Assembly: GCA_051546255.1 (NCBI GenBank)
Contig: CP128815.1
Location: forward strand, 1,798,001 to 1,862,000
Direction: 5' to 3'
Length of the DNA stretch: 64,000 bases
DNA from: Meyerozyma guilliermondii
Lineage: Eukaryota
Each line of letters begins with the position of its first letter. The stretch's first letter is position 1. A program made the translations under genes and the position numbers. The notes under the pieces are model-generated. The model ran no database searches. It was not told the DNA's origin and saw only the letters and a program-made list of their open reading frames with translations. This document shows positions 42,545-53,036 of this stretch, in pieces.

Positions 42545-44407
42545 ATGAATATAAACCTAGATTCGGCAAAGGGGACCCTTTGCAAGAACATATTAATTTA
42601 TGGCTATTGTAAATACGAAAACAAGGGATGTGCATTCAGCCATAGAAGAAACAACAATGCCAATCTGGGCCCTGGGGCTACTCCAGCGAAGTCTGTGGCC
42701 ACCACACCTACCTCAGACAAGCGGAAATTCAACGTAAATACGCCATCTTTCCAGCCTTCGACGGCTCCAGTCCAGGGACTCGCCAACAAGTTTGCGGGTT
42801 TGCTGCCAAAAGTTAAGGATATACCGGTCTTTGTACCTTCTGGAACACCTGCTTCCCCTGCACAATCCACACCGTCCACCGGAAATCAAGAACAACCAAT
42901 GCCAACTAGCACTGTGTCGAATGTTCCCGAACGAAAGTTCAATACTTCGACACCTTCGTTTACTCCCAGTCAACCAATTCCCGCTCCCCCTCCCCAAAAC
43001 ACAAGCAGTCCCCCAACCAACCCATATCTCATGAACCAGCCGGGTCCTCCAACGGATATGTACTACCAATCAGCCTACCCGCTACAATACCATCTTTATG
43101 CCCCAGCGCCGCCTCCACGATTGGCCATTACCCACTCGCTGCACCAGGTCGACGCCCATTCGCTATTCATCGATTCAGAATTACGGGAAACCCTCCAGAA
43201 ACGAAACGAAGCAACTCTCCAAAGTTATCCTGGAGGTCCTGAAATCGTAGACGTATACCATACTGTGGTGCCCATTGCGGCCGAAGGAGTATCAAAAATA
43301 TGGAAGGTGTCTTCTTCGGTGTACAAGGGTGTCTCTAATGTTGATGGAAACGTATACGCTCTTCGCAAGATTGAAGATTTCAAAATAATCAATGAAACAC
43401 CGTTTAGAACCATCAAAAGATGGCACGGACTTCAAAGCGCCAATATAGTGAAAATTCAAGACGCATTCACCACCGTTGCCTTTGGCTCACCGTCACTAGT
43501 CGTGGCGTATGATTACTATCCGAACGCATCGACACTCTTGGAGCAGCATGTCAACCGCCGGTTGGGTGGCCGTCTTGAGCCGCTCACCGAAGATATTTTG
43601 TGGCTCTACTTGACTCAGCTTGTCAATGCAGTACGCACAGTACACAAGAAGAAACTAGCAGCAAGATCTTCACTCGATCTTTCCAAAATCATCGTCACCA
43701 CCAACAGAATTCGTCTTGCCGCGATAGGAATGAGTGACATTCTCAATTGGGAAGCTGACGACGCCGAGATTGCTCGTGTGGGGTTGCCGACTTATATGGA
43801 GAACCTTCAGCAGGAAGATATTCGAAACATGGCACGCTTAATGGTTGATCTAACCACAGTAATGAATCCCGTTGTCCAAAATGACATTTTTAAATTGAAG
43901 TCCAGCGGCTTAAGCACCGATTTCGTCGCTGCCGTCCAAGATCTTTCCAACACAGACGACTTGGAGTCTTACATCCGCAAGCACCTCGCCATACGTCTTT
44001 TGGATGTCGTGGATATGCTTGAGGACCTGAATGACTACCTCGAATCTCAATTGAGTACGGAGCTCGAAAATGCCAGACTTGTACGACTTATGACCAAGAT
44101 CAATTTCATCGTCGATCGACCCGAATGGGATAACGAGGCGACAGCGGCTGCGGCTGGATGGACAGAAAATGGACCCAAATACCTCCTAAAGCTCTTTAGA
44201 GATTTTGTGTTTTTTCAAACCGATGAAATGGGGAAACCGGTAACCGACCTTTCGCGAGTGCTCGTCACACTCAATAAGCTTGATGCTGGGATCGACGAAA
44301 AATTCTTGCTTGTGAGCCGTGACGAAAAGACGTGCATTGTGGTGAGCTATAAGGAAATCAGAGACTTGTTGGAATCTGTTTTCCGGACCATAACTAGAGG
44401 TAAATAG
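42545..44407 (+). CDS. PAN3: Poly(A) nuclease subunit Pan3
   Basis: CCCH finger CKNILIYGYCKYENKGCAFSH, PAM2-like motifs, pseudokinase, ELENARLVRL, LNKLDAG. ATG at 42545. Confidence 0.95.
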   Translation: MNINLDSAKGTLCKNILIYGYCKYENKGCAFSHRRNNNANLGPGATPAKSVATTPTSDKRKFNVNTPSFQPSTAPVQGLANKFAGLLPKVKDIPVFVPSGTPASPAQSTPSTGNQEQPMPTSTVSNVPERKFNTSTPSFTPSQPIPAPPPQNTSSPPTNPYLMNQPGPPTDMYYQSAYPLQYHLYAPAPPPRLAITHSLHQVDAHSLFIDSELRETLQKRNEATLQSYPGGPEIVDVYHTVVPIAAEGVSKIWKVSSSVYKGVSNVDGNVYALRKIEDFKIINETPFRTIKRWHGLQSANIVKIQDAFTTVAFGSPSLVVAYDYYPNASTLLEQHVNRRLGGRLEPLTEDILWLYLTQLVNAVRTVHKKKLAARSSLDLSKIIVTTNRIRLAAIGMSDILNWEADDAEIARVGLPTYMENLQQEDIRNMARLMVDLTTVMNPVVQNDIFKLKSSGLSTDFVAAVQDLSNTDDLESYIRKHLAIRLLDVVDMLEDLNDYLESQLSTELENARLVRLMTKINFIVDRPEWDNEATAAAAGWTENGPKYLLKLFRDFVFFQTDEMGKPVTDLSRVLVTLNKLDAGIDEKFLLVSRDEKTCIVVSYKEIRDLLESVFRTITRGK

Positions 44408-44539
44408 AGTACATACTCAACGGACACTTTTGTCACGTGTCGCGCTTCCCCCATCGTTGAGAGGGGCGGCTCAGCCGATAAATATATCAGTAGAGCATAC
44501 CAACGACCATTCATTGGATCCCTGTTCGAATCCCCCAAA

Positions 44540-46483
44540 ATGAAGTCGAACCGGCCCCCTAGTGGAGCAATTAATACCGGACCATTTTCTCCTAGCATTT
44601 TCTCCAGCAAAAGATTATGGGTAAAGCGTCCCAATGGTTCACCAACTACCATCTTAGTCCACCAAAACGATATAATTGATGATGTCAAACTGATGATAAT
44701 ACAAAAGTATCCCAACTCCTTGGGGAGAGAATATGATGCTGCTGACTTGATGATAAAAATGGATGTCCATGTCAAACTGGGATTACCGCAACCAACTCCC
44801 ACTTCAACTAATCGCCAAAGATCATCATTTTCTTCTCCCGATAAGCTGACGGCGACCACTCTTGTTACACTTGAGCCTGACCAAAACGTGTGGGCACTTT
44901 TCGACAATTATTTTCCAAACGGAATGAGTATACATAATGCATTCATCATTGAAGAGCCAGGAAGAAGCAGAATGGATAGCAAACACTCATTGTCGTCGTT
45001 GACGCTACCCACGGCTACCTCGGCGCCAGTGACCACAGCACCATTGGCACTACATTCGTCAACTTCCGCCGCTTCTCCATCGTCGAATCAACCGGTTTCA
45101 GCCTCTGCAAGAACCTCCACCATGTCCCCTCCTCACGGATTTCACCTGCCTCGTCCTCAGTACAATTACCAGCACCACCAGCCGTACGCGGCTCTCAAAG
45201 AAATGTCCATATCTCCATCAAATGTTTCAGCAAGATCCCCTTCAACGGTGCACAGACGTTCACAATCTAATCCTCCTCAGTCTCCCGTAACCAGTGCTGC
45301 TCCACCGGTGTCAAAGAACCCTAATTCCCAAGCCATTCTCTTGCTTCCAAAGAACTTTTCGTTGTCTGGAGGTGGTTCTTCAAGCAACCTCAGTGCTCTT
45401 AAAGACCAAAAACGACTCTCTCTAGATGAAGGACGAGTATCCCGTGCACGAACCAACTCCATACTGAGCCCCGGCTTGGCTAATATAGGAATAGGAGGCG
45501 TGAGTTCGCCGCCTGCTGCCCAGCCATCTAGCTATCCGCTCGTTCAAAAAGGACCGAATATTCTTCCCAAAATTTCGACCGATTCCAACCAAACAACCTT
45601 GGCTTCAAGCCTAGATCTGAATGTGTCCAGTGCACCGCCGTTGGGCAAAGCAACCTCGCTTCCAGAAATACCCACCAAGCCCACAGAAGAGAAAAAGGAA
45701 AGCTCTTCAGAGAATGTAGATACCACCAATATTGAACTGGATCCCGAGTCGAACTCGAGAAATTCAACAGCAACTGTGCCACCACCGGTCCGTGCTGCGC
45801 CTGCTGCACCTAAGAAACGACAGGAGGATAAAAGTGTTGCAATGGTACAGAAACTGTGGAAAAAGAACCCCACTGCCAATGAACGAATGCTTCCGTCTGT
45901 GTCGGTGCTTGTAGTAGAGGATAATGCCATCAACCAGGCAATTTTAGGAGCGTTTTTACGGCGTCACAAGATTCGATATCAAATTGCAAAAAATGGACAA
46001 GAAGCAGTCGACAAGTGGAGCAAGGGTGGATTCCATCTTGTGTTGATGGATATTCAATTGCCCGTGATTTCTGGTATTGAAGCCACGAAGGAGATCCGCA
46101 GGCTAGAAAAGATAAACCGAATCGGAGTGTTTGCAGAAGACGAAACCGGACAAGCTAAATCGGCCGAGCTTGAAGAAGTTGCTCCGGAAGAGAGATTGGA
46201 TCTCAACATTTTCCGATCACCAGTTATCATTGTGGCACTAACTGCCTCGTCGAACTCTTCTGTCGACAAAACCAACGCTTTGAGAGCAGGGTGTAATGAT
46301 TATTTGACCAAACCAGTTAATTTGGTATGGTTGCAAAATAAGATTACCGAATGGGGTTGTATGCAAGCGTTGATTGACTTTGAAGGATGGAAAACAAAAC
46401 GAAGCGACGAGGGGTTCAACGCCATTAAAGGCAAGGCGAAGGGGGTGATTCTACCATCCGGGAAACTGGTGGTGTCTGCTTAG
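44540..46483 (+). CDS. SSK1: HOG pathway response regulator Ssk1
   Basis: RLWVKRPNGSPTT...KYPNSLGR N-terminal block; receiver domain VLVVEDNAINQ, LVLMDIQLP, KITEWGCMQALIDF. Confidence 0.93.
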   Translation: MKSNRPPSGAINTGPFSPSIFSSKRLWVKRPNGSPTTILVHQNDIIDDVKLMIIQKYPNSLGREYDAADLMIKMDVHVKLGLPQPTPTSTNRQRSSFSSPDKLTATTLVTLEPDQNVWALFDNYFPNGMSIHNAFIIEEPGRSRMDSKHSLSSLTLPTATSAPVTTAPLALHSSTSAASPSSNQPVSASARTSTMSPPHGFHLPRPQYNYQHHQPYAALKEMSISPSNVSARSPSTVHRRSQSNPPQSPVTSAAPPVSKNPNSQAILLLPKNFSLSGGGSSSNLSALKDQKRLSLDEGRVSRARTNSILSPGLANIGIGGVSSPPAAQPSSYPLVQKGPNILPKISTDSNQTTLASSLDLNVSSAPPLGKATSLPEIPTKPTEEKKESSSENVDTTNIELDPESNSRNSTATVPPPVRAAPAAPKKRQEDKSVAMVQKLWKKNPTANERMLPSVSVLVVEDNAINQAILGAFLRRHKIRYQIAKNGQEAVDKWSKGGFHLVLMDIQLPVISGIEATKEIRRLEKINRIGVFAEDETGQAKSAELEEVAPEERLDLNIFRSPVIIVALTASSNSSVDKTNALRAGCNDYLTKPVNLVWLQNKITEWGCMQALIDFEGWKTKRSDEGFNAIKGKAKGVILPSGKLVVSA

Positions 46484-46566
46484 GTTATAGAAATAGACAG
46501 TACTATCTGGTGCACTGGGTGCATTAATACTCAAACTTGTTGCGACTTTTACAAAATATCACCACC

Positions 46567-46797
46567 ATGTCAGATACCATTTTACCATTAGAGGTTCTCG
46601 ATCGTGCGATCGGCCACAAGATCCAGGTTCTTCTCACAAACGACAAGGAGTTCCATGGAACGTTGGTTGGTTTTGATGACTTTGTGAACATGGTTTTGGA
46701 GGACGTGGAAGAATTCGACAACGAAGGAAAGAAAGAAACCTTGAAGAAAATGTTGTTGAATGGCGGCCAGGTGGCGATGATGGTGACGGAAAGCTAG
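46567..46797 (+). CDS. LSM5: Sm-like protein Lsm5
   Basis: ILPLEVLDR...EFHGTLVGFDDFVNMVLEDV...MLLNG. ATG at 46567. Confidence 0.92.
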   Translation: MSDTILPLEVLDRAIGHKIQVLLTNDKEFHGTLVGFDDFVNMVLEDVEEFDNEGKKETLKKMLLNGGQVAMMVTES

Positions 46798-47199
46798 AAC
46801 ATGAACGAAGAAACAAGGAGAAAGTAATTAGAAACTGGTGAGAGTGTAGGTTTCAGAGTCGAGGATCAGTGTACTATAGTCCAGATACAAGAAAAACAAG
46901 ATACAAGAACAACAAGATACAGAAACAGTGTAGCCGTATAAATATTGCACAGATTCGCATTATGTATAGAGACAAATATTTGAGGTATTGCTCAGGTTAA
47001 TTCTCACGTTTTGTCAGCTAATTCTCACTTCCAATCAACACAACCCAAACAAAGATTATATGTCAAAGTCGCTTAAGTGTTCTACAGTTACATTTCTATT
47101 TTTGAACAGACTCTCGGCCCAATTCCAGATTCATCTTCTTAATTTGTTTCCGCCACCGCCACTCGCACTATTTAAGTCGCACCTTGTCCTGTAATCTCC

Positions 47200-48471
47200 A
47201 TGAAGTTAACCATTAGTGTGGAATCCTCAGGGAACATTATATCTGCCGATCTCCCATCATCGCTCTCGGTGGCTGATTTCCAAGCTTATCTTGAAGCAGA
47301 AACAGATATAGATCCTGAAAAACAGATCCTTATACACAATGGCAAGACTATCCAGAAGGACAAGACACTCGAAGATATAGGTTTAAAGGAAGACGATTTG
47401 ATCGTTTTGAAAGAGAAAAATGCTCGGGCTGCCGTGCAAACCGAGCAAACTGACCAAGATCCCGTCAATCACCAGGTGGAATTATTGAGATCGCAGTATA
47501 TTAACAATAGTCAAATGAACACCCACCTTCGTCAGACCGACCCTGGACTTCATTCGAAGCTCAATGATCCCGCGGCATTCAAGGCGGTCGTCCTTGAACG
47601 GTTGCAGCAGGTGCAAAGCAGTGGAATGGGCTCCTATCGGTCGCCACAGCAGCAAGAAGAGTTCCAAAAACTTCAGGAAAATCCCGATGATCCAGAGAAC
47701 CAAGCGAGAATAATGGAGATGATTCGACAGGAAAGGATAGATGAGAATATGCAGCTTGCGATGGATCTTACCCCGGAATCGTTCACGAGTGTCAATATGC
47801 TCTACATTAACATTAAAGTTAACGGTGTAAAAGTGCAAGCTTTTGTGGATTCTGGTGCACAAACCACAATTATTTCTCCATCTTTGGCTGAAAAGTTGGG
47901 AATATCTCGACTCATAGATCGGAGATTTCGAGGTGAAGCTCGTGGAGTTGGTTCGCAGATAATTGAGGGTAAAATCCATAGTGTACCGATCACAATTGGT
48001 GAGTCCAACGTGGAAATCCCTTGTTCTTTTATGGTGGTTGACACTCCCGTTGATCTCTTATTTGGTCTTGATATGTTGAAAAGACACGGGTGTGTCATTG
48101 ACTTGCAGAAAAACGTGATGACTGTTGGCGGTGTTATCGAGACGAAATTCTTGCACGAGCTGGAAATAGAATCTGATCTTACCAAACCACAGCTAGGTGG
48201 TAATAGACTTGGATCAGGTTCCGGTCCTAGCGGTTTTGGTGGAAACCTATTTGGTAATGGAGAAATGCCTGTTCCTCCAGCTAATGCTTCTACACCACAG
48301 CCCACTGAGTCTGCGTCCAAACGCCATAACTCTGGCCAACAGCTTAAGCAGCCTCTGGAGGATGCTATAAAGCAGATTACAGCGTTGGGGTTCACGAGAC
48401 ACGAGGCAATTGGAGCACTACAGAGCTGCAACGGTAATGTTGAAATGGCCGCATCCTTGCTCTATCAGTAA
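47200..48471 (+). CDS. DDI1: Ubiquitin receptor / aspartic protease Ddi1
   Basis: UBL, helical domain, retropepsin-like AFVDSGAQ and C-terminal UBA. Confidence 0.95.
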   Translation: MKLTISVESSGNIISADLPSSLSVADFQAYLEAETDIDPEKQILIHNGKTIQKDKTLEDIGLKEDDLIVLKEKNARAAVQTEQTDQDPVNHQVELLRSQYINNSQMNTHLRQTDPGLHSKLNDPAAFKAVVLERLQQVQSSGMGSYRSPQQQEEFQKLQENPDDPENQARIMEMIRQERIDENMQLAMDLTPESFTSVNMLYINIKVNGVKVQAFVDSGAQTTIISPSLAEKLGISRLIDRRFRGEARGVGSQIIEGKIHSVPITIGESNVEIPCSFMVVDTPVDLLFGLDMLKRHGCVIDLQKNVMTVGGVIETKFLHELEIESDLTKPQLGGNRLGSGSGPSGFGGNLFGNGEMPVPPANASTPQPTESASKRHNSGQQLKQPLEDAIKQITALGFTRHEAIGALQSCNGNVEMAASLLYQ

Positions 48472-48558
48472 GTCAATGAAAACAATTAAACAAGAATCTA
48501 AAGTCTATAAATCTATATGTAGCATTTCAACCGAGTATCACTCTGAGAGCACCAGTCC

Positions 48559-49503
48559 TCAGTCAAAGCCCGCGGCGTACTGATCATTGAAGAACTTTCT
48601 GAACTTAAACTTCGACCCAAGTTCGTCAATTTGGTTAACGTCTGAGTCGTCCAACTCAAACCCGTATACCTCAAGACTCTGCTTGATTCTTTCCTCATTG
48701 GAGGAAGTAGTGATAGGAAGTAGTCCCTTCTGGATGGTGTAGCGGAGAAGAATCTGGGCTTCGGTTTTGTCATACTTTGAACTGAGCTCACTTAAAAATT
48801 TTTTGAACGTAGCTACGTTCTCGTTTTCTTCGTCAGCTCTGAACAAGGGCGATAATGGGCCGTAAGCTTCAATCAAGATATTGTGCTCCTTACAAAAGTC
48901 CACAATACCTTTGGATTGATTCTGCAAAAATGGATGGAATTCAATCTGGTTCACGACAGGATAGAATTCTTCGGATCCAGCAGATTCAAACACTTCTTTC
49001 AAGTGAGGAACGGCAAAGTTGGATACACCAATCTCGCGAACCAAACCTTGTTTCTTGAGCTCAATTACCTCTTTCCACAAATCTCCAAGAGACAAGTAGT
49101 CCTTCAAGCCAGGAGTCACGAAGGGATGGTGGATCAAAAGAAGATCAAGGTAGTCGGTTTCAAGTTCCTTCAAAGCTTTGTTGACGAATTCAATTGGTCC
49201 CTTTGTAAGGGCTGCCTGATGAGAAACACCAGGAAAATACTTTGTAGTTATCCAAAATTCCTCCCGAGGAATTCCCGACTTCTTAACAGCAGCAGCTACC
49301 TCTGGTTGAGTGGTATAAACTTCAGCAGTATCCAAGTGACGGTATCCACAGTTTATCGTACGCAAGAGATTGTCAACCAATTCGTTATGAAGCTGGGCTT
49401 TTTCCTCGTCTGGACGTCCCTTCTTGAGCCATTGCCATTTGGTGCCCGAACCCGTGCCAATCTTGAGCAATTGACCTGATTTTGTATAAAATTGTCTTGC
49501 CAT
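48559..49503 (-). CDS. Aldo-keto reductase (YDL124W / conjugated polyketone reductase-like)
   Basis: GTGSGTKW, HLDTAEVY, WITTK, IGVSNF and NQIEFHP motifs. Probable start 49503. Confidence 0.9.
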   Translation of the reverse strand: MARQFYTKSGQLLKIGTGSGTKWQWLKKGRPDEEKAQLHNELVDNLLRTINCGYRHLDTAEVYTTQPEVAAAVKKSGIPREEFWITTKYFPGVSHQAALTKGPIEFVNKALKELETDYLDLLLIHHPFVTPGLKDYLSLGDLWKEVIELKKQGLVREIGVSNFAVPHLKEVFESAGSEEFYPVVNQIEFHPFLQNQSKGIVDFCKEHNILIEAYGPLSPLFRADEENENVATFKKFLSELSSKYDKTEAQILLRYTIQKGLLPITTSSNEERIKQSLEVYGFELDDSDVNQIDELGSKFKFRKFFNDQYAAGFD

Positions 49504-49614
49504 GTTTACTGTGGATGAAGATAACGTAGTGATTTCGTTGTGGAAATTTGTCATTGTATTACATAAGACTACTGATAACGCTATCGTGCAATAGATAAAG
49601 CACCTTTGATTCAC

Positions 49615-50952
49615 CTACTCGTCCAAGCCATTGAGCCCTTCTGTGAGCTTCTCTAAAACCAATGGCTTGCCTGTCACCCGGAAATACAAATCTTTTATAT
49701 CGTCGGTGGCAGATTCAAAGTGCGATGTAGCGTCGTACGATTTGGAAATGTAGATGCCCGAGGCGGTTCCATCGTCTTGTGGCTCGTAGATTTCGGCGAT
49801 TCCCATAAGTGTATCGAGTCTTGGACCCAATAATTTGAAGGCTGGCTCCAATTCCACATGGGGTGTTTCGGTCTCGATGATGGTGGAGACGATGGCCAAG
49901 TAGTAGCCCTTGGGCACTACGCAATGAACATCCGACAACACGGCGATGTAAATGTCGTTTTTGCGGCCCACTTGGTTCTGCGGAATGACAATTTGCACCG
50001 AATCAAGATCGTGGGTGTTTGGCACTGGGTGTTCGAGAATGCACATTGCTCTAATCACCTTTTGTCCTGTCTTCTTCACCTTTTCAGGAAAGTATGTAGG
50101 GTCAGCAATCACAATTGGAGCCTTGGCGGTACCCTCTTTAGTCTTTACTCCAGCAAATTTCTTGTTGTCGTCGTCGTAGATCACCTCGTCAATTGGAGTG
50201 TCCAACATATAAGTTCCACCATAAATAGCCGACAATCTGGCAAATCCCTGTGGAAGCTCTCCCAACCCGTAGAGAGGGTAGATGTAAGGAGACTTGCCGT
50301 ACTTGGCCACCGATTGGCCATACAATATGATCCGTTCGTACGTGGGTCTTGCAACTTCATTAAGGTAGTCATCGTTCGACCACAACGCCATAGCATGGCC
50401 AATGAAGTCCCTGGTTCCATTCTCCAATCTGAAATAGTTGTAAACCTCGTTCATGGTGTTCTTATCCAAGTCGAGAGCGCCGTGGGTCGAAGCATCGTCA
50501 TCGTCCCATTTGGTGAGGTAGTCAAGAAACTGTTTCATTCTTCTCTTTTCAAAGATTCCCATGAGCGAGGAAGAGATGGCTTCTGCCTGGTTCGAAGGAA
50601 CCTTGGCAATGCGACCATTCCGATACACATAACTTCCGCCAATCTGTTTGAACTCGATGTACCGGGTGACATTGGTGTGCACCAAAATGTTGGTCAACTC
50701 ACCATTAGCCATTAAAAACTTGGGGATCAAGTCCACACACCAGTCCCGGTCACGTCCACGAAGTTCTGGCTTTTGTCCTGAGGGACGGAATTTATTATAA
50801 AGTTGGCCAAGATTCAATGATGCCAGCTCACCACCATAAAAATCCTGGCGATCAATATGAAGTACTTTTTTGCCATCTACCGACAAGAGTCCGGAAAGAA
50901 CACACTCGGTTAAGCCTGTTCCCAACACAATCACGTCGTAATTCTCGTCCAT
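49615..50952 (-). CDS. GDI1: Rab GDP-dissociation inhibitor
   Basis: MDENYDVIVLGTGLTECVLSG, DLIPKFLMANG and GLGELPQGFARLSAIYGG. Confidence 0.97.
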   Translation of the reverse strand: MDENYDVIVLGTGLTECVLSGLLSVDGKKVLHIDRQDFYGGELASLNLGQLYNKFRPSGQKPELRGRDRDWCVDLIPKFLMANGELTNILVHTNVTRYIEFKQIGGSYVYRNGRIAKVPSNQAEAISSSLMGIFEKRRMKQFLDYLTKWDDDDASTHGALDLDKNTMNEVYNYFRLENGTRDFIGHAMALWSNDDYLNEVARPTYERIILYGQSVAKYGKSPYIYPLYGLGELPQGFARLSAIYGGTYMLDTPIDEVIYDDDNKKFAGVKTKEGTAKAPIVIADPTYFPEKVKKTGQKVIRAMCILEHPVPNTHDLDSVQIVIPQNQVGRKNDIYIAVLSDVHCVVPKGYYLAIVSTIIETETPHVELEPAFKLLGPRLDTLMGIAEIYEPQDDGTASGIYISKSYDATSHFESATDDIKDLYFRVTGKPLVLEKLTEGLNGLDE

Positions 50953-51127
50953 GGTGAAAGCAAGTAGAATCAAACGAGGGATTGTGTCTCAATTATCAGG
51001 CTGGTGTGTGGATGGACGGTACACAAAAATAGAGAGACATATTCATACAATATAGAACAGTTACTAGGTACATGGTAAGAGCCACCGCAGATAATCACTT
51101 TCATTTAGTTCGCTTTACTCACTTCGC

Positions 51128-52585
51128 TCACCTTCTCCATGCCCGAAATAAGTACCCCGCGACAAACACCGCTACCGCCGCAGTTACAGTTTTTGCACCC
51201 AATTTGCAACACTTTTTGTTCTTGTTTAATCCCTTTTTTACAATTTCAGAAATCTCTGCTGGGTCAGAGGTGATTCCCGTCAAGTTTTCAAATCCATTTG
51301 CTGTAATCACGAGATCATCTTCTATCCGCACTCCGCCAACATACCAGTACTTATCCAAGACGTTGTGGTCGATATACTTGGCTTTTTTCTCATCTTTAAG
51401 CACATCTTCTAACAAAAATGGTGAAAAGTAAATTCCTGGTTCATCTGTAAGAACCATTCCCTTTTGGAGCTTTCTTCTCAACCGCAAGTATTGGAGGTAT
51501 GGGTCGGGGTCTTCGTAGTTGGGACGGCCACCTACATCGTGGGTATCCATTCCAAGAAGATGACCCAAGCCATGAGGAAAGAAACGAGCCGAGATCCGGC
51601 TTTCGTAGATCTCCTGCTTGGAGTATTTCGACTTGAAAATGCCGAGTTTCAAGAACTCTTCAATCAAGATTTCATGGGCCCTCAAGTGAATATCGTCCCA
51701 CAATGCACCCGGTCTGATCATACTCATGGTCACTTGCTGCATACGAAGAACAGCACGATAAATGTTCAAGTGTTCTACGGTCCAATCTCCATTGATGGGG
51801 AAACAACGAGTAACGTCACTGGCATAGCATTCCCATTCTGCACCAGCATCGATCAAGATCGAGTGTTTTGTTTCAGGGATTTCATCGTCGTTCTTCACGT
51901 AGTGCAAGGTGGAACAATTGGGTCCACTGCAGCAAATGGGGTCATACGACTGGTATTTTGAGCCTTCTCTGAGAGCATGGTACATGAACTCGGCATGGAT
52001 ATGAGTCTCATTGGTCTCAATTGCAGTTGCCAGCATCACCCCGTGATGGCACTTGTCGGTGATCTTGGCAGCGTGTCTCATGAGCGCTATTTCGTAGTCA
52101 TCTTTGATCAATCTGGCTTCATCCAACCCATGGAAGAAGGCGTAATCTTTCTCAATAAGATGCGACTCAAAATTCTTGTTCCATTGGTTCACGTCCGTGG
52201 TGTAGATCTTGTATGAAAATGCTTTCAAGTCAGCCAGAACCTCGTGGGCAAACTTGACCTCATCAACATCATACTTTGCAGCTGCTTCGTCGCGACTCAC
52301 TGGCAATCCACTCCACATAATATCTTCCTCGTCCACGTCTGGGAGATATAAAGTCAATTTGTCGTTTCCACCATCGTAAAATACGTGGGATCCAGGGATA
52401 TTACAACCGGTGATATAATAAAAGTAGCGATTTTGGCGAATTGGTTTCGACTGGTCGCAGTAGGGCCAAAGTTCATAGTTCTCGCCGCTGATGAAAAATG
52501 CACTTTGCGACTCCTCGGGTAACTTTTCGAGGAAATGTGCAAATGCTCTTCTGGCGTGCTCTTTTGCTGGGTACTTGGAGACCAT
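51128..52585 (-). CDS. Xaa-Pro dipeptidase / aminopeptidase P (M24B, YFR006W-like)
   Basis: KYPAKEHA, LIDAGAEW..YASDVTR, HGLGHLLGMDTHD, EPGIYF and GGVRIEDD. Probable start 52585. Confidence 0.92.
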   Translation of the reverse strand: MVSKYPAKEHARRAFAHFLEKLPEESQSAFFISGENYELWPYCDQSKPIRQNRYFYYITGCNIPGSHVFYDGGNDKLTLYLPDVDEEDIMWSGLPVSRDEAAAKYDVDEVKFAHEVLADLKAFSYKIYTTDVNQWNKNFESHLIEKDYAFFHGLDEARLIKDDYEIALMRHAAKITDKCHHGVMLATAIETNETHIHAEFMYHALREGSKYQSYDPICCSGPNCSTLHYVKNDDEIPETKHSILIDAGAEWECYASDVTRCFPINGDWTVEHLNIYRAVLRMQQVTMSMIRPGALWDDIHLRAHEILIEEFLKLGIFKSKYSKQEIYESRISARFFPHGLGHLLGMDTHDVGGRPNYEDPDPYLQYLRLRRKLQKGMVLTDEPGIYFSPFLLEDVLKDEKKAKYIDHNVLDKYWYVGGVRIEDDLVITANGFENLTGITSDPAEISEIVKKGLNKNKKCCKLGAKTVTAAVAVFVAGYLFRAWRR

Positions 52586-53036
52586 TTGGTGGCAATGTAA
52601 GAGATGAAAGAATCTGGGTGGTTCGGGGAGCCGATGCCGCATACATGGGGTGTATGCAGGTACGGCTGCACGGCAACGATGTTGCATTGGCGGCTGGAGA
52701 TCTAAGAGGGAATGGGTGGAAGAGACTAAAATGGTGAAAATGGTGAAAATGGTGAAAAAAGGAAGAATTGTAGACGGTTAAGATGTAAGGATTGAGGAAA
52801 CTGAAAGGTGGAAAAGAGTTCAGAATGTTAAAAAGAAATAGTGATTCGAAAAGAAAGCAAGAGACGGAGGAACAACTATACCTAATCTTCACATACAATT
52901 TTGAACTACCTTGTTGTCCTTATTGATAGCTCTCCCTCTATTCTCTTCCTCACTATTCTGATTTTCCTCACTATTTTTCCTGCATGTATTTCGCAACCGC
53001 CACCGTCGATTTCAACTAACCGCTACTTCCTCACTA

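Noticed and set aside
47800..48150. Retropepsin-like DSG protease as a possible retrotransposon
   Set aside because: It is the RVP domain of DDI1 between UBL and UBA; no LTR, RT or integrase is nearby.
49858..50715. 285-aa antisense ORF over GDI1, and similar shadows over NSA2, DDI1, HAT2 and the reductase
   Set aside because: Typical antisense or alternative-frame shadows of codon-biased genes, with no domain signatures.
52982..53036. GCATGT...AACTAAC upstream of RPN11 resembling an intron
   Set aside because: There is no AG acceptor between the branch-like site and the ATG, and the ORF already has the conserved MERLQRL start.
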